Positions 35,701 through 49,204 of a stretch of DNA of 64,000 bases are shown here, one piece after another (within the stretch, counting starts at the first letter, position 1; each line of letters opens with the position of its first letter). Both the position numbers and the translations under genes were made by a program. The stretch spans positions 15,068,001 to 15,132,000 of the forward strand of contig CM075990.1 in assembly GCA_038087875.1 (NCBI GenBank), written 5' to 3'. The stretch is from Malacoraja senta (Eukaryota). A model generated the notes under the pieces. It ran no database searches. It was given only the letters and a program-made list of their open reading frames with translations, and was not told the origin of the DNA.

Positions 35701-37379
35701 GCACTGAAGGTTCTCATTTGGGATTGGGTTTCTTGATTCAACATTTAGCTTGTGAGTTTGTTAACAGCTTATTACTGAATATGAAGTTAGTTATTATCCT
35801 ATAGCATAAGTGTATATACGTAGTTTAGATATTACTTTGGCATTGGGATTAGATTGAGTGCTTATCTTGGTGTTATAGCACAAATACTTTGTGTTTTAAC
35901 AGTAATTCAGGCGGAAGGACTTAGTTAAACATGGCATCATGTTCATAGGAGATAACATGGCCGAAAGGCCTTTTGTGCTGCTGCAAGTAAGAATGTCATT
36001 GTTCTATCTGGGATATATGACAACAAAACGTGCTTGACTGTTGACTCCTGTGTTCTACTGTTCTATTTTCGATGTGCAGAATTAACATGCCTGGAGCCTA
36101 AACAATGAGGAATAAATTCTATTGATATGTTTTGACCTAAAATTGAAGAGTCAGCAATTGAGTCATTGCAATAGTAGCCTTGAAGTCCATCTTGCTTTGA
36201 AAGAACCATACTTCCTTATGTCCCTGCATTTCCCTTGTCTCCCCTATTTAAGTATTTATCCAATTCACTTAAAAAAGTTGTTATTGGATTTTCGTTCACC
36301 TCCCTTCTATGCAACACATTTCAGATCACAGCAACTCCTGCATTCAAAGGCAATTCCTCATGAGACCCTTGGCTGTTAAGTTCTGTATCCTAAATTATAT
36401 GCTGGTTGCTGACTTTACTCTCAAAGGAAACTATTATTTTAAACATGGGGAAGATTTTGTTCAAAAAAATGGCAACGTTCTTCAGCTTCTGTATCTGGGG
36501 AAAGTGTAAATGTAAATAACATATGTTGGCATTGTCACTTTAAATGGATTTTGCATCTTGAAATGAAAATATACCGTCTTCATTTGGGATTGGAAGAGTG
36601 GAAATTATTATCTAAGCAGCATTCATTCATGTGAGAATGAGGTAACTGCTTGGGTTTGAAGTAATTAAACGTTATTAGTAAACTGAGTGTAAAATATATA
36701 TTGGCCGTACTACTTCCACCAATCAACTGTAAATTATTTATTGATAAATTGGTAGCGATTACTTGCAATCATTAATTCTTCTGTGTCGGATCATCACAAA
36801 TCACGAGCAGAAAGCACACAGACCCCTGCTGTCTGGAAGAACAACTATTGGGATCTGAAAATGGGCTCAAAGTGGAACTAAATAACCACAGATATCAATG
36901 AAAATTATTTTTATGTTTCATGAATTAATTAAGATTTTAAATAGCAAGTGTTGGCGCTGTTACTTTTAAAGGGTTTTACATAAAGACATTTTTTTTTAAT
37001 GTCAGCTTTATTTGGGGCTGGGAGAGTAGTCATAATTATCTAGTCAGACTGTGGTAGCCAAGCCCAACTACATTGAACATCTCAGTTGCTCCTGGGAAGG
37101 TGGTGTTGTGCCAACTCCTGAACCATTACAATAATGTGGGGATGTCGCCTTGCCTGGAACCTTGTCGGTGCAGATAGTCATGTCAACATAAATATATAAA
37201 GCCACAGAAAGGCAAACAAAACACTTGGCTTTATAACTAGACGGATAGACTATAAATCAAGAGGGTACTGTTGACTCTCCAAGATACTGTGCTACATTTG
37301 AACTTTCACTGCTGTATCTCAGTTGGTGGAAGGGCTGTTGCACTTATTGGGGCTAGCTCACTCCCGCCAAGAAACTCCT

Positions 37380-37830
37380 TGGAGTGTTTTTCCACACAGA
37401 GAGTGGTGGGTAAATGGAATGAGATGTTTGAAGAGGTTGTTGAGGCAGGTGCAATAACAACATTTAAAGACATTTGGACTGGCACATCATTGGGAAAGGG
37501 TTAGAGAGATATTGGTCAAACATGGGCAAATGGGTCCAGCGTATATCAGCATCTCATGCAGTGTGGAAGAGTTTGGGCATGAAGTCATGGAGCTATACAT
37601 TTCTATCACCTTGCTGTTTGCTCAGTCATACAACATGGAAGCAGGTCCTTTGGACCAACTCATCCATGCTGACAAGATGCCACGTCTAAGCTAGTCCCGT
37701 TTGCCTGCATTTGGCACATATCCCCCGTAACCTTCCCTATCCATGTACCTGTCCAAGTATCTTTTAAATGATTTTATCGTACCTGCTTCTTCTCCCTCCC
37801 CTGGCAGCTTGTTCCTTATAGCAACCACCT
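37380..37830. mobile_element. Two CR1 3' fragments in opposite orientation
   Basis: + copy ~37380-37550, - copy ~37620-37830. Confidence 0.7.
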
Positions 37831-38089
37831 ATCACTTCCTGACTCTATAGTCATTAAGCACATGCACAGAAGTGTTTTAATAAATTTAAATTCCAGAGCA
37901 CCATGGTAGCAACACTCTCCTTTCAACTCATGTCTCCTGCTTGGTGCGAAAGATCCAATTTTTTCTCAGAACAGGTGACTATCCAACCCATTTTATTTCT
38001 CTCAATCAGTCAGAACAAGTTCACAATTGTGGCAGCTAGTTTTCCACAGACCTCTCGCATCTGGATGTGTATTCACTGCTCACTACTTC

Positions 38090-38442
38090 GTTTAGTTCAG
38101 TGACATAGCATGGAAACAGGCCCTTTGACCCACTGAGCCCACGCTGACCAACAATCACCCATACACTAGTTCTATCCTACACCCTAGGGACAATTAATCT
38201 ACAAATCTGAAGAAGGGTCTCGACCCGAAATGTCACCCATTCCTTCTCTCCAGAGATGCTGCCTGTCCTGCTGAGTTACTCCAGCATTTTGTGTCTATCC
38301 GCACAGTCTTTGGAACGTGGGAGGAAACTGGAAAACCCCTGTGGAGAACGTACAAGCTACGTGCAGGCAGCATCCATAGTCAGGATCAAACCCGATTCTC
38401 TGATACTGTAAAGCAGCAACTCTACCGCTGTGCCACTGTGCC
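38090..38442 (-). mobile_element. V-SINE with a nested Penelope-like unit (38207-38300, +)
   Basis: SINE head and tail flank CTGAAGAAGGGTCTCGACCCGAAATGTC. Confidence 0.82.
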
Positions 38443-39060
38443 CAACAAGTCAAGTGCTTCGGGATAATCCGAGGTCTGAAAAGGTCACAAGTAATTTTTC
38501 TCTGTTGTGAACAGATTAGGCACTGTTTTGTGGAAAATAAATAACATTATGGAAAAGGAACAGCATAGATTTGGTAAAAAAAAAAAAAAGGGCACAGGAG
38601 AAGAGTGTTTATATGCAAAAACTAAGATTTTGGGACTTTTTACTGGAACTCTACAGAGAGATATGTTAAACGTGTGCAATGGACAAGATGGGCTGAAGGG
38701 CCTGTTTCTGTGCTGCCAAGTCATTGATTATCTCAGATGATTAACGTAAGTGCTTCCAAAATTAAAGAATATACAAGAAGTTATATATAAGAATATCTAA
38801 GGAGAGATAGACCAGCCATGATTGATGGGCCGAATGGCCTAATTCACCTCCCATCATTTATGACCTTATGAGAAGTTCTCTCACCAGGTTACCAGGTAAT
38901 GTTAATTAGTGTATTCATGATTATTACCAAAATAAATACATTTGGGGAAAAAAACATCAAAAACACATAATACACACATTATTTGTGGAAAAGGTGTTAA
39001 TACATATTTTTTTAACAGGATATTAAATTCTGACTTGAGAAACGGGGAGTATCAGGGTTA

Positions 39061-39359
39061 AGCCCCTGTCCCACGTTCCCGAGTTACCACGAATTCTCCC
39101 GAGATTTCCCCTTGATTCAAACTCGGAGAATTACGGTAATAGCCAGCTGTAGGTACTCGGGGCTATTTTTTTTACTCGTAGACATTTTTCAACATGCTGA
39201 AAAAATGTCCCGACTTACCCGATGCCCCGAGTACCTACGGCTGGCATTACGAGCCGCTACGAAACATCTACGGACTCGCTAAGGACATGCTACGAGTTTG
39301 AATTCAAGGGGAAAACTCGGGAGAATTCGTGAGTAACTCGGGAATGTATGACAGGGCCT
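39061..39359. mobile_element. Harbinger-type MITE, family A (opposite orientation)
   Basis: Reverse-complement match to 11612-11920; flanks TTA/TAA. Confidence 0.9.
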
Positions 39360-40004
39360 TAAGATAATGTGCTGTGGAGTTGAAGTAAGACCAACCAAAA
39401 CAAATGGTGTAAAGGTCCAAAATATGGTATCAGGAGCTCAAGGAAATCTTTAAAAAAAGACCAGGTCAGGCAAGTTCTTCTGTAAAAAATTACCGAGTTC
39501 CAAGAAAATGAGTGTGTTTACTAAAATGTATGAAAGAATACGTTTACGTTCAAAGGTGACAGAGATAAATATTAAAGATTGTCCAAATAGAAATGAAATC
39601 AATACCAAAGATTTACAAAATAGTGAAACTATTAGGAGGAACAGAATAAATGGAATGGATTGAATATAATAGAAAGAATCGGTGAAGGGAAATATGAGAT
39701 GGTGGCTGGTGGTGTATTTTTCACAGGCAATAAAGCCAGGATGCAAAATGGTGAAAAGATCCAAATGTATGTAAATGTAAAGAAAATTATTATGTCCTGA
39801 GACAGTAAGTTTAACTAAAAAGAGTGACTAAAATAAGGGATTATTTTTACTGCCAGTCTATACCACTGACTTTGTGCGTCATTATAAATTGAGAATCATA
39901 AACTGAACTAAAACGAAAAACTAAACCAAAACAAAAGTTCAAGAAGTAAAAAAGAGGGAATGGGATTGCTCTGAGACCTAGCAGAAACACGATGGACTGG
40001 ATGT

Positions 40005-40195
40005 ACACACAAGAAGCTGGTTTATGCAAAAAATAACACAAAATGTTTGAATAACTCCGCGGGTCAGGCAACATTTTGGTGGACATGGATAGGCGACGTT
40101 TCGAGTCTGAAGAAGAGTCCCGACCCAAAACATCACCTTTCCATGTCCTGCAGAGATGCTGCCGGACTCACTGAGTTGCTCCTGCACTTTTTAGT
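40005..40195. mobile_element. Inverted pair of Penelope-like units
   Basis: Centre GACGTTTCGAGTCTGAAGAAGAGTCCCGACCC. Confidence 0.7.
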
Positions 40196-42994
40196 TTTAT
40201 GACGGACTGAACTACAATTCAGCGTTCCAGTCAGACTGGGAATGGACGTTAAGGGCTTGGTTTTGGGAGCCAGGAAAATCAAACATGATTTGCAGGATTT
40301 GGATGCAACTCAACCAGGACAATGTTGCCATTGCATTTATAAAGGTTCCTCAAAGAAGCAGATAAGGTAGGACAATATATGAAGTGACAATGTGATAAAA
40401 ATATCAAAAGTTTTTTTTTAAAGTTTTATTTCAATCCATTGTCTCCAATACTTTCCAAATACTTCTGAAAATTGGTCATCTAGATCTGTCATCTAGATTA
40501 GATGAGTTTAGTTCAGAGTGAATCACATTCTATATGGTTGAAAGTTAGTATCACTCCCAGACTCCCATCACAAGGAGACCAAAGGATCTGCTGGCTTACA
40601 AATTGCGGCAATATTAGATCAAGCAAACATGAGTAACATTGCATGTATTTCCATTATATAATATCAACACATAATTTTTCCATTTTTACTCTGAATGCTT
40701 GTCAGTGTATTGGATTTGATTTATTTTTGACATTAGGACAAAAATTATGTTCTTGATACTGAAACAATATTTGTTGCTAATGGCTTTAAATGATATGTAT
40801 AATGAATTTTGTAATGTTAACTTCATTGGAAAAGCCTTTACTATTGAAAAGCACAAGGAGATTTCTGCTTTCATGGACTGAAAGCCAGCAGCTGTAACTT
40901 ATTTTCCAGCCAAGGAGATATTTCAGTTTTCTTAGGCAGACTTTATATAAATAAATCATAAAATAAAAGTGCAAATCACATACCAAACTAAACTACAAAG
41001 GACCCTGTGCATAAATCAAGAAGCGCTTTACAATTATTTCCACAATCTCTATTCAAAGATACAAATGTGTGCACTTTATACAAACATATTGCATTTTTGG
41101 ATATGCTCATGAAGTGGAATGTGTTCTGTTTCAATATGCAATATTGTAGCATGTGTTTTTCCCATCATGTTTCAGTGTTGTATCTGGTTCATATTTGCAA
41201 GCACACTATTTGTCACGTAATACTTTTTCCTTTTGGCCTTTTATATTTCATTCAGCTATCAGAATTTCTAGCCCATTTTGAAGATGTATTTTAATATTAT
41301 ACATGTGAAATATTAATTTTAATTTAAGTCACGTTAACATTTCCTCCTCAAATATTGGGAAATATATTTACTCAATCAAGTTGTTTGAATCTACAGGCTA
41401 TCTTCAGCTGAGATAATGGAGGCCCAGTTATTCAATACTGCAAAATAACCAGACATGTTGCATTAGGACAAAGCTGTTCATTTTGAACACAGCACGCAAT
41501 AATTTATTAGGAGGCTTCCACTAGGGGATCATAGACAGTTTAATTGGCAGCTCAACTCGTATCCCTTTTGACAAGAAAGAGTCAAATGAGAAACTGCCAA
41601 ATTCCTGTGCAGTGAGAGGGCAAAGGGGACAGGTGAACACATGTTTGTGGAGATGAGGGAGGAAGAAGAGAGAGAGCTGGTAATTTAAAATATGGACAGA
41701 AACTCAACTGAAATGAATCTTAGACAGCTGACTGAGAAAGCAAATGCAACATACTTTGTAAGGGATATTTGGTTATGGTATTACATGAAGTAGAAATTTT
41801 GCATTTGTTGCTAAAAAAAAAGGCTAAATATGTTTATAAATGTTCTTCTCTAGTCATTTAGGTATACTTGGATAAATAGGTCTATGTCTGAAATATTGTC
41901 AACCATTCAGAAGTTGTTATAGGTAAGGTCGACACTGCACATGATTCATTTATCTAGTGGGAACTTGATACCCTGTTAGAGATGATGATGAGATTCTTGA
42001 GTGAAATGCACAAGACTTGATCTTTATACTCTTCTTATTCCAAAGCAATGACCTGCATCATGCTATTGTGGTTGACTCTAACATTCAAAATGAATGAATT
42101 ATTGCAAATATTACAACTCATTGAATTTTGAATCTGCAAATTTTATTTTTAGTGGTATGGAACAAAGGTTTTTTTTTCTCCCAATAATTGATGGCGCACA
42201 TATTTTAAAAATAATAGATAAAACAATGCAATAAAGTTAGAAAAGTCAATAAATAAACTTGAGACGGTAATTCTCTTTCATTGGGAAGGGAATGAATGTT
42301 CTCCATTAACAGTTGAAGGTACAATGTTGACTTTGATTTGGAAGATCCTGTAAAGCAGACTTACAGCTATGTAACAAAACATAAATAACCCGTTTGAATA
42401 TGAGAAAGTCCGAATAATGACTTGGCTTGTTAATTAAACTGAGGTTCAGGATCCATCTAGTTAATTATATTTTATTTTTGGTATTAATTTAATTATTCCT
42501 TATCCTACGTGTAACTGTCAATCTATTTTTCTTTTGTTTAACATAATCCAAAATTATGAAAATCATTTTTTAAATTATCTTCATTGTTTACACCCTTTTT
42601 AATTGATTTTGGTTGAAATCGAAAGGAACATCAATTTTTTGTTGAAGTCACTGTAAATTTTCTGCCCCTCCACCTCACGGCACTGACTTCTTGCTCTTTT
42701 ATGGCACCACAGATGCTGGTCGGCCGCTGGTACATCACCCAGGGGTCTGACCATTGTCACCCACGAGGCTAATCACAGCACCTCAGAAGGAATAAGAAAA
42801 TGTGGAACACATCAGCGATTTCAGCTGGTGATTTAAAACCCCCCACTAACTACCAGGAAAGCACTTATGTCAAAGTCATGTGCATGGAGTTATGTGTTGT
42901 TCTGTTCGGGAGTGTTGGGGAAGTGGAGTTAGAGACCAGCGTTAATGGGAACCATTAACAATAAGCAAGCACCAACCATCAACCTTTTTTATTT

Positions 42995-43176
42995 GTTAAA
43001 GAAGGAACTGCAGATGCTGGAAAATCGAAGGTACACAAAAATGCTGGAGAAACTCAGCGGGTGCAGCAGCATCTATGGAGCGAAGGAAATAGGTAACGTT
43101 TCGGCCCGAAACTTTACCTATTTCCTTCGCTCCATAGATACTGCTGCACCCGCTGAGTTTCACCAGCATTTTTGTG
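42995..43176. mobile_element. Inverted pair of Penelope-like units, 14-bp target duplication
   Basis: AACCTTTTTTATTT at 42981-42994 and 43177-43190. Confidence 0.82.
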
Positions 43177-43632
43177 AACCTTTTTTATTTATTGCATCAG
43201 ACATTGCTATCACAGAGCCCCCAGACAAATGATATAATGAATATAATTGCAAGGACACTCCCATGTCAACAAAGAACACAATCAATTAGAATGGCTGTGG
43301 CACAATTCTTCCACTGGATGCAGCCATTGATCCTGGTTGGTTTCTGTGAAGTTACAGTGGGTGAAATCCCCACCTTCATTATAAAATCTGTATTGTGCAG
43401 CATCAGGATTGCCCACAAGTATAATCTGATCATGTGGCATCCTGAAATACTTCGATAGGACAGGTTTGGAGAGATATGGACCAAATGCTGGCAGATGGGA
43501 CTTGTGTAGCTGGGACATGTTGGTTGGTGTGGGCAAGTTGGGCCGAAGAGCCTGTTTCCACACTGTATCACTCTATGACTTAGTGAAAGGCATGCAGAAT
43601 ACTGTCGGCTAATTTGATAATACAGATAAAAT

Positions 43633-43850
43633 GTTTAGGATGGAACTGCAGATGCTGGTTTACACCGAAGATAGACACAAAATGCTGGAGTAACTCAGGC
43701 AGGCAGCATTCCTGGATAGAAGGAATGGTTGATGTTTCGGGTTGAGTTTCAGTCTGAAGAAAGGTTTTCACCCAAAACATCACCCATTCCTTCTATCCAG
43801 AGATGCTGCCTATCCTGGTGAGTTACTCCAGCATTTTGTGTCTACTTTTG
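43633..43850. mobile_element. Inverted pair of Penelope-like units
   Basis: Minus tail, then CTGAAGAAAGGTTTTCACCCAAAACATC plus tail. Confidence 0.75.
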
Positions 43851-43854
43851 ATTA

Positions 43855-44646
43855 TGTGTCTAAGTGTGAGGTGTTCCATTTTGGGAAGTCAAAACCAGGG
43901 CAGGAACTGCACAGTGAATGGGAAGGCTCTGGGGAATGTTGTAAAGCAGAGGGATTTAGGAGGGCAGGTCCATAGATCCTTGAAAGTGGCGTCTCAAGTA
44001 GATAAGGTGGTCAGGAAGGCTTTCGGCACATAGACCTTCATCAGTCAGATTACCGAGTGTAGTAAGATGTTATGTCACAGTCGTGCAAGAGATTGGTGAG
44101 GCCGTATTTGGAGTATTGTATTCAGTTTCCGTCATCCTGTTTTCAGAATGATGTTGTTAAGCTGGAAAGAGTCCAGATACAATCTATGTTGTCAGGACTT
44201 CTTGGCCTGAGCCATAGGGAGAGTTTGAATAGGCTACGACTTTATTCCTTGGACCACAGGAGAATGAGGGGTGATGTTATAGAGGTGTATAAGATCAGAG
44301 GGGAATAGATAGGGTAGATGCACAGGGTCCTTTACCCAGAGTAGGGGAATCAAGAACTAGAGGTCACAGCTTTAAAGTGAGAGGGGAAAGATTTAATAGG
44401 AACCTGGAGGGCAACTTTTTCACACAGAGTTTGGGTGGTACATGGAACAAGGTGCCAGAGGAGGTAGTTGAGGCAGGTACTATAACAACATTTGAAAGAC
44501 ATTTGGACAGGTACATGGATAGGATAGGTATAGAGTGATATATAGGCTAGACGTGGGCAGTTGGGACCAGTGTAGATGGAGCACTTGGGTTGGCATGGGC
44601 AAGATGGGCCGAAGCACCTGTTTCCATGCTGTATAACTCTATGACT
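43855..44646 (+). mobile_element. CR1 LINE 3' fragment
   Basis: KCEVFHFG, LVRPYLEYCIQF, RRMRGDVIEVYKI; CTCTATGACT tail; another tail at 43445-43580. Confidence 0.9.
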
Positions 44647-47180
44647 AAGTTTGTTCAATCACTCCTTGTAAATAATATCCCCTGCTCCATTTGATCAGTA
44701 TGGCTGAGGACAAGGACTGTCCTGTTGAAAGGCTGCTTTATAATCGGGTTGACGTTGGTGGCTTGGATTACATCTGCTGTTGGAGGCTGAAATTTACTTT
44801 TATTTTGCATCTGAAAAATAAAGGTTTGTATCCATGCACGAAGTGGAGATTGTTACACCTCGTACGGTTCCTTTAGCACTAACAACACAGAATACGGGAA
44901 TTGGCACATTGAAACTGACATATTTCCTATCATTGCTGTAGTGTAAGTGAACTTGGAAGCTTAACAGATATTCAATGTGAATATCTGTTGAGACGTAATT
45001 TCCCATGTGTGTATTATGTTGGACAGATTTTTCAGCTGTAGTGCAAATATGATGCTGCTGCCAATACCCAAATATAACAGTCAACTTAGTATCTGTCAGG
45101 CGGCCTTCGCTTTGCTTTTGTTTTAGTCAAGATTTTGTTTTGACAGTGTGGTATATTTAAGCTTACCAGGTCAATAATAGTTCTTCCCTGCGGGAAGTTT
45201 AGGAGATATCTGTCTTTAAAGAAAGGCCAAATGTAGGTGAACTGACAAACTTTTGTCTGTTTAGATTTCAAACTGGAGCCATATTTAACCATGGGAAATC
45301 ATTCATTCTCAATTTAAATCATGGAAAGATTTACATTGGAGCAAGTATATGAGCTTTATCATTGTAATCATTAATAACATTGATTTCTTGGGAGATGTTA
45401 GGTGCTGAATGCTGGAGTACTTCAGTGTTTCTTTGATTTCTTTGTCTGATTACAGATGATAAATAACACATTAGTGACATTTAATGCATATATTGAAGTT
45501 AAATGGGATATCTCTTTAAAGTGTTCATGACACTTTTTAACCTATGGGCTTAATGACATTTTTCATTTTATTCTGTAATTTGACTGTCAAATAGTGCAGG
45601 GATGAGTTTTCTGTTACTGTCTGATTCTAATAGAAATAGAAAAGACGATTTTTATCATTTAAATCATTTCAAAGTCTAAATGAAGTTGCTGCACAAATGA
45701 ACATTTACAGATTAAAAATGCTACTTTGGGAATTTGAAAAAAAAATCTCATTTGATTTGAAAATTACTTTGGAGCTATGCTCCATTTCTGCTATTAGTCT
45801 AACTGCTAACGTCTAATGAGGAGGTAAGAGGAATAAATTAATATCTAATATTTGTTCTGGAATTAATTGGTAGATGTGCCAAGTCTTTGAGATTGCATTG
45901 AGGGTTATGGAAATAGCTTTGTCTTTAGCATGCATCTCATCTAATGTATTTCTGTGATGAGAAGTAACACAAGTGTGATGCTGACACTAAAAGCATCACG
46001 AGCAATTTTTTGAATAAGCATAAATTATATAATTCTGAGTGCTCAGCATTTTGCTTCTAGTCCCCCTTACAGTGACATAGTACATTCTAATATTTTAGAG
46101 CTCAGCTCCACTTGGTACACGGAGTTCCATTTTTTCAGTAATCATAGTTCATTGCATTAATCGTACCGTAGTTCATCATTTTTGACAATAACTAAAGTTA
46201 TTGCTGGCTGCTGGAAGTTTATAATGAGCTAAATGTATTTTCACTGGGGCCTATAAGAGCCTAGTGACACAGTGCCTTTGGCTGGGAAATGGTTCAAGTG
46301 TACATATAAACACCTATTTATAAATGCACTTATAACAGCTCCAATATTTCATTGATATAATTTAATAAATGGTTTGGAAAGTATCAGATAAGTAGTATAA
46401 ATAATAAGTAAAACCTTCCTAATGTCTATGACCTTGATGAAAAAGTATCGGAAAATATATAACTCAAGATGTTATTAATATTGCAAAAAGGCCATTGATT
46501 TCTTTTGGTTCTTCATGCTAAAGCAGGAGAGGTTTTTTTTTTTTTCCTAATATTTTTTCTCTTCCTCTCCGCCTGATGTCATAGCTAAAGACCAACATTT
46601 CTGGTGGTTCTCATTCTTTGTGTGAAAATTATTGGCAATGACTGTCAACAGTATTTTCAGCCGAGAATGCATCGCAACAGAGCAGAATAATGTCCTTTAA
46701 TCTTTGCACTTAACAATATGTAGTAGTATTTTTGTGGCCGTTCATGCTGGATGTGATCTCTAAAAAGTTTCAAAACCAGATTGATGCACAGCAAAAGTGT
46801 CGCATAAACTGTTAGATGTGTACCGGCACCTATTGGTCTCCAAAATGAGCACTGACTATATAGTTATTGTGTAGGAAGGAACTAGTCATGCTGGTTTACA
46901 CCGAATAGATAGACATCAAATGCTGGAGTAACTCAGTGGGTCATGCAGCATCTCTGGAAAAAAGGAATAGGTGACTCTCTCCAAAGGTTCTCCAAAGTAT
47001 AATTACAGTATACTCCATATTTTGATTAACTTTTGTTTTAAAAACATTCCAATTGAAAAACTGGAATCATATGGTGGGCCTCATTAAGTGCCATGTTTCA
47101 CTGACACATTTTGACAGTTATAAAAAGTCGGAACTTATTAATAAATCGGAATTTAACAATTACAACATTTAAAAGTTTGA

Positions 47181-47400
47181 AGGTAGACAAAAATGCTGGA
47201 GAAACTCAGCGGGTGAGGCAGCATCTATGGAGCGAAGGAAATAGGCAACGTTTCGGGCTGAAACCTTTCTTGAGTCTGAAGAAGGGTTTCGGCCCGAAAC
47301 GTTGCCTATTTCCTTCGCTCCATAGATGCTGCCTCACCCGCTGAGTTTCTCCAGCATTTTTGTCTACCTTCGATTTTCCAGCATCTGCAGTTCCTTCTTA
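47181..47400. mobile_element. Young inverted pair of Penelope-like units with an intact hammerhead-type core
   Basis: Core 47276-47303; direct repeat AACATTTAAAAGTTTGA at 47164-47180 and 47401-47417. Confidence 0.85.
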
Positions 47401-47663
47401 AACATTTAAAAGTTTGACTTTTGTCAGCTTGCCTGAGATACTCATAGTTCCTGTTTAAAAATCGGAAGTAAATTGATCTGAAAAAAAGGAAAACTGCTGG
47501 AGAAACTCAATGGTTTAAGCAGCATCTGTGGAGGCAAAGGGTTTGGTCAACATTTTGGGTTGAGTCCCTGCATCATAACTGGGATGCTGCACTTATCACC
47601 TTCCAGCCTTTACACTCTTTACATTCCCCTCCTCTTTCCCACTTATCTACCATTGTTTCTTGA

Positions 47664-47932
47664 GTGCATACTGTCGTTGTGTCCTTGGGCAAGACACTTC
47701 ACCCACCTTTGCCTGCGTGTGAATGTGTGTGAATGTGTGTGAGTGATTGGTGGTGGTCGGAGGGGCCGTAGGCACAGATTAGCAGCCACGCTTCCGTCAG
47801 TCTGCCCCAGGGCAGCTGTGGCTACAGAAGTAGCTCACCACCACCGAGTGTGACTGAGGAGTGAATGAATAATGCGATGTAAAGCGCCTTGGGTATTAGA
47901 AAGGCGCTATATAAATCCAATCCATTATTATT
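47664..47932 (+). mobile_element. 5'-truncated SINE with an L2-type tail
   Basis: GTGTCCTTGGGCAAGACACTT core; tail TGTAAAGCGCC..AAAGGCGCTATATAAAT..(TAT)n resembles the L2 3' end at 561-620. Confidence 0.8.
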
Positions 47933-49204
47933 ATAACTGAGCATGTGGAGGGGAGGTATCCCACATATACAATAGAGAGGGAGGGGCTGGAAGGTGATGG
48001 ATGGAATTGAATGGGTTGGGGGGGGGAGGGTGATAGATAGATGGAGAAAGCTTTAGAAGAAAAGGGATCATCAAGAAACAATGGTAGATAAGTGGGAAAG
48101 AGGAGGGGAATGTAAAGAGTGTAAAGGCTGGAAGGTGATAAGTGCAGCAAGGTAACAGAAATATGATGGACTTACAGAGTTCCTCCTGTAGTTCATTTTC
48201 CCCCAAATTCCAGCGTCTGCAGTCTCTTGTGTGTGGAATGAATTAATTTTATTGAACCAGCGATTCACTCAAGCAAAATTCATAGTCATACAGAATGGAA
48301 ACAGAATCTTCCACAACCCATCAAATGCCATTTGCATTCATCCTACACTAACCTATTTTATTCTCTCCAAATACGCAATTAACTCTTCCCAAATTCTATA
48401 ACTCACACACACACACTCAGAAAAACTTACAATCGCAATTAACAATCCACATGTTCTTGGGATGTCAGAAGCAGCCAGAGTACCAAAGAAAGCAGGTGGT
48501 GACTGGGAGAACATGCAAACTCCAGAGGTCAGGATCAGGGATGGCTAAATGAAGCTGTGACACAGGAATTTCACAAGCTGTGCCACTTTGTTTTTGATGA
48601 TAATAATCCCAATGCAATACTGTTTGGGATCATCTTGGAATGATGTAGATGACAAATCTTCTGAAACTTTTTTCTAATTCTAGTCTAATTGTTGTCTAAT
48701 TCTAACAGCGGATACTTCTAAAATCCTGCCATGTTTTTAAATGAAGAAAAGTAATATTGCTGAGAATAGCATTCCCGAGAAAAGGAAAAGTTGTAGAGAT
48801 TCTTAAAGGACTAAAGTTTGCTAAAAAAAAAAGGGGGTTCTCGAAAGCTTGGTTGCACTGACCAATGTTGGTTTAGTGTCATGTGTGCCAATATATAGTA
48901 CAAAACTTTTTTTACGTGTTCTAAACAAGGCAAAAAACAGCATTGATTTGGTAACGGCAAATCGTGCTCAACTAACGATTCTATTTTACATAACGTACCA
49001 TAGAATTGCAGTATATATATGGTTTTCCAAAAGCCATTTGATGAAATGTCACAAAGTAGATTTGTCATCAACATTGAAGCATGTGGTATAAAAAGTTGCA
49101 GTGGCATTGATGGAAAATCAGGCTTAGTAATAGGAAACATGGAAATAGTGAAAGGTGGTTTTTCAGGTGGAAGGGAAATGTACAGTGGAATTCTCAAAGA
49201 GTTA

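Noticed and set aside
36763..36856. Minus-strand acceptor/donor pair
   Set aside because: Stops in all three frames
39058..39362. piggyBac/Kolobok-type TTAA target site
   Set aside because: This copy can be read with TTAA flanks, but the other copies and rejoined CR1 hosts show a 3-bp TAA/TTA duplication, consistent with Harbinger
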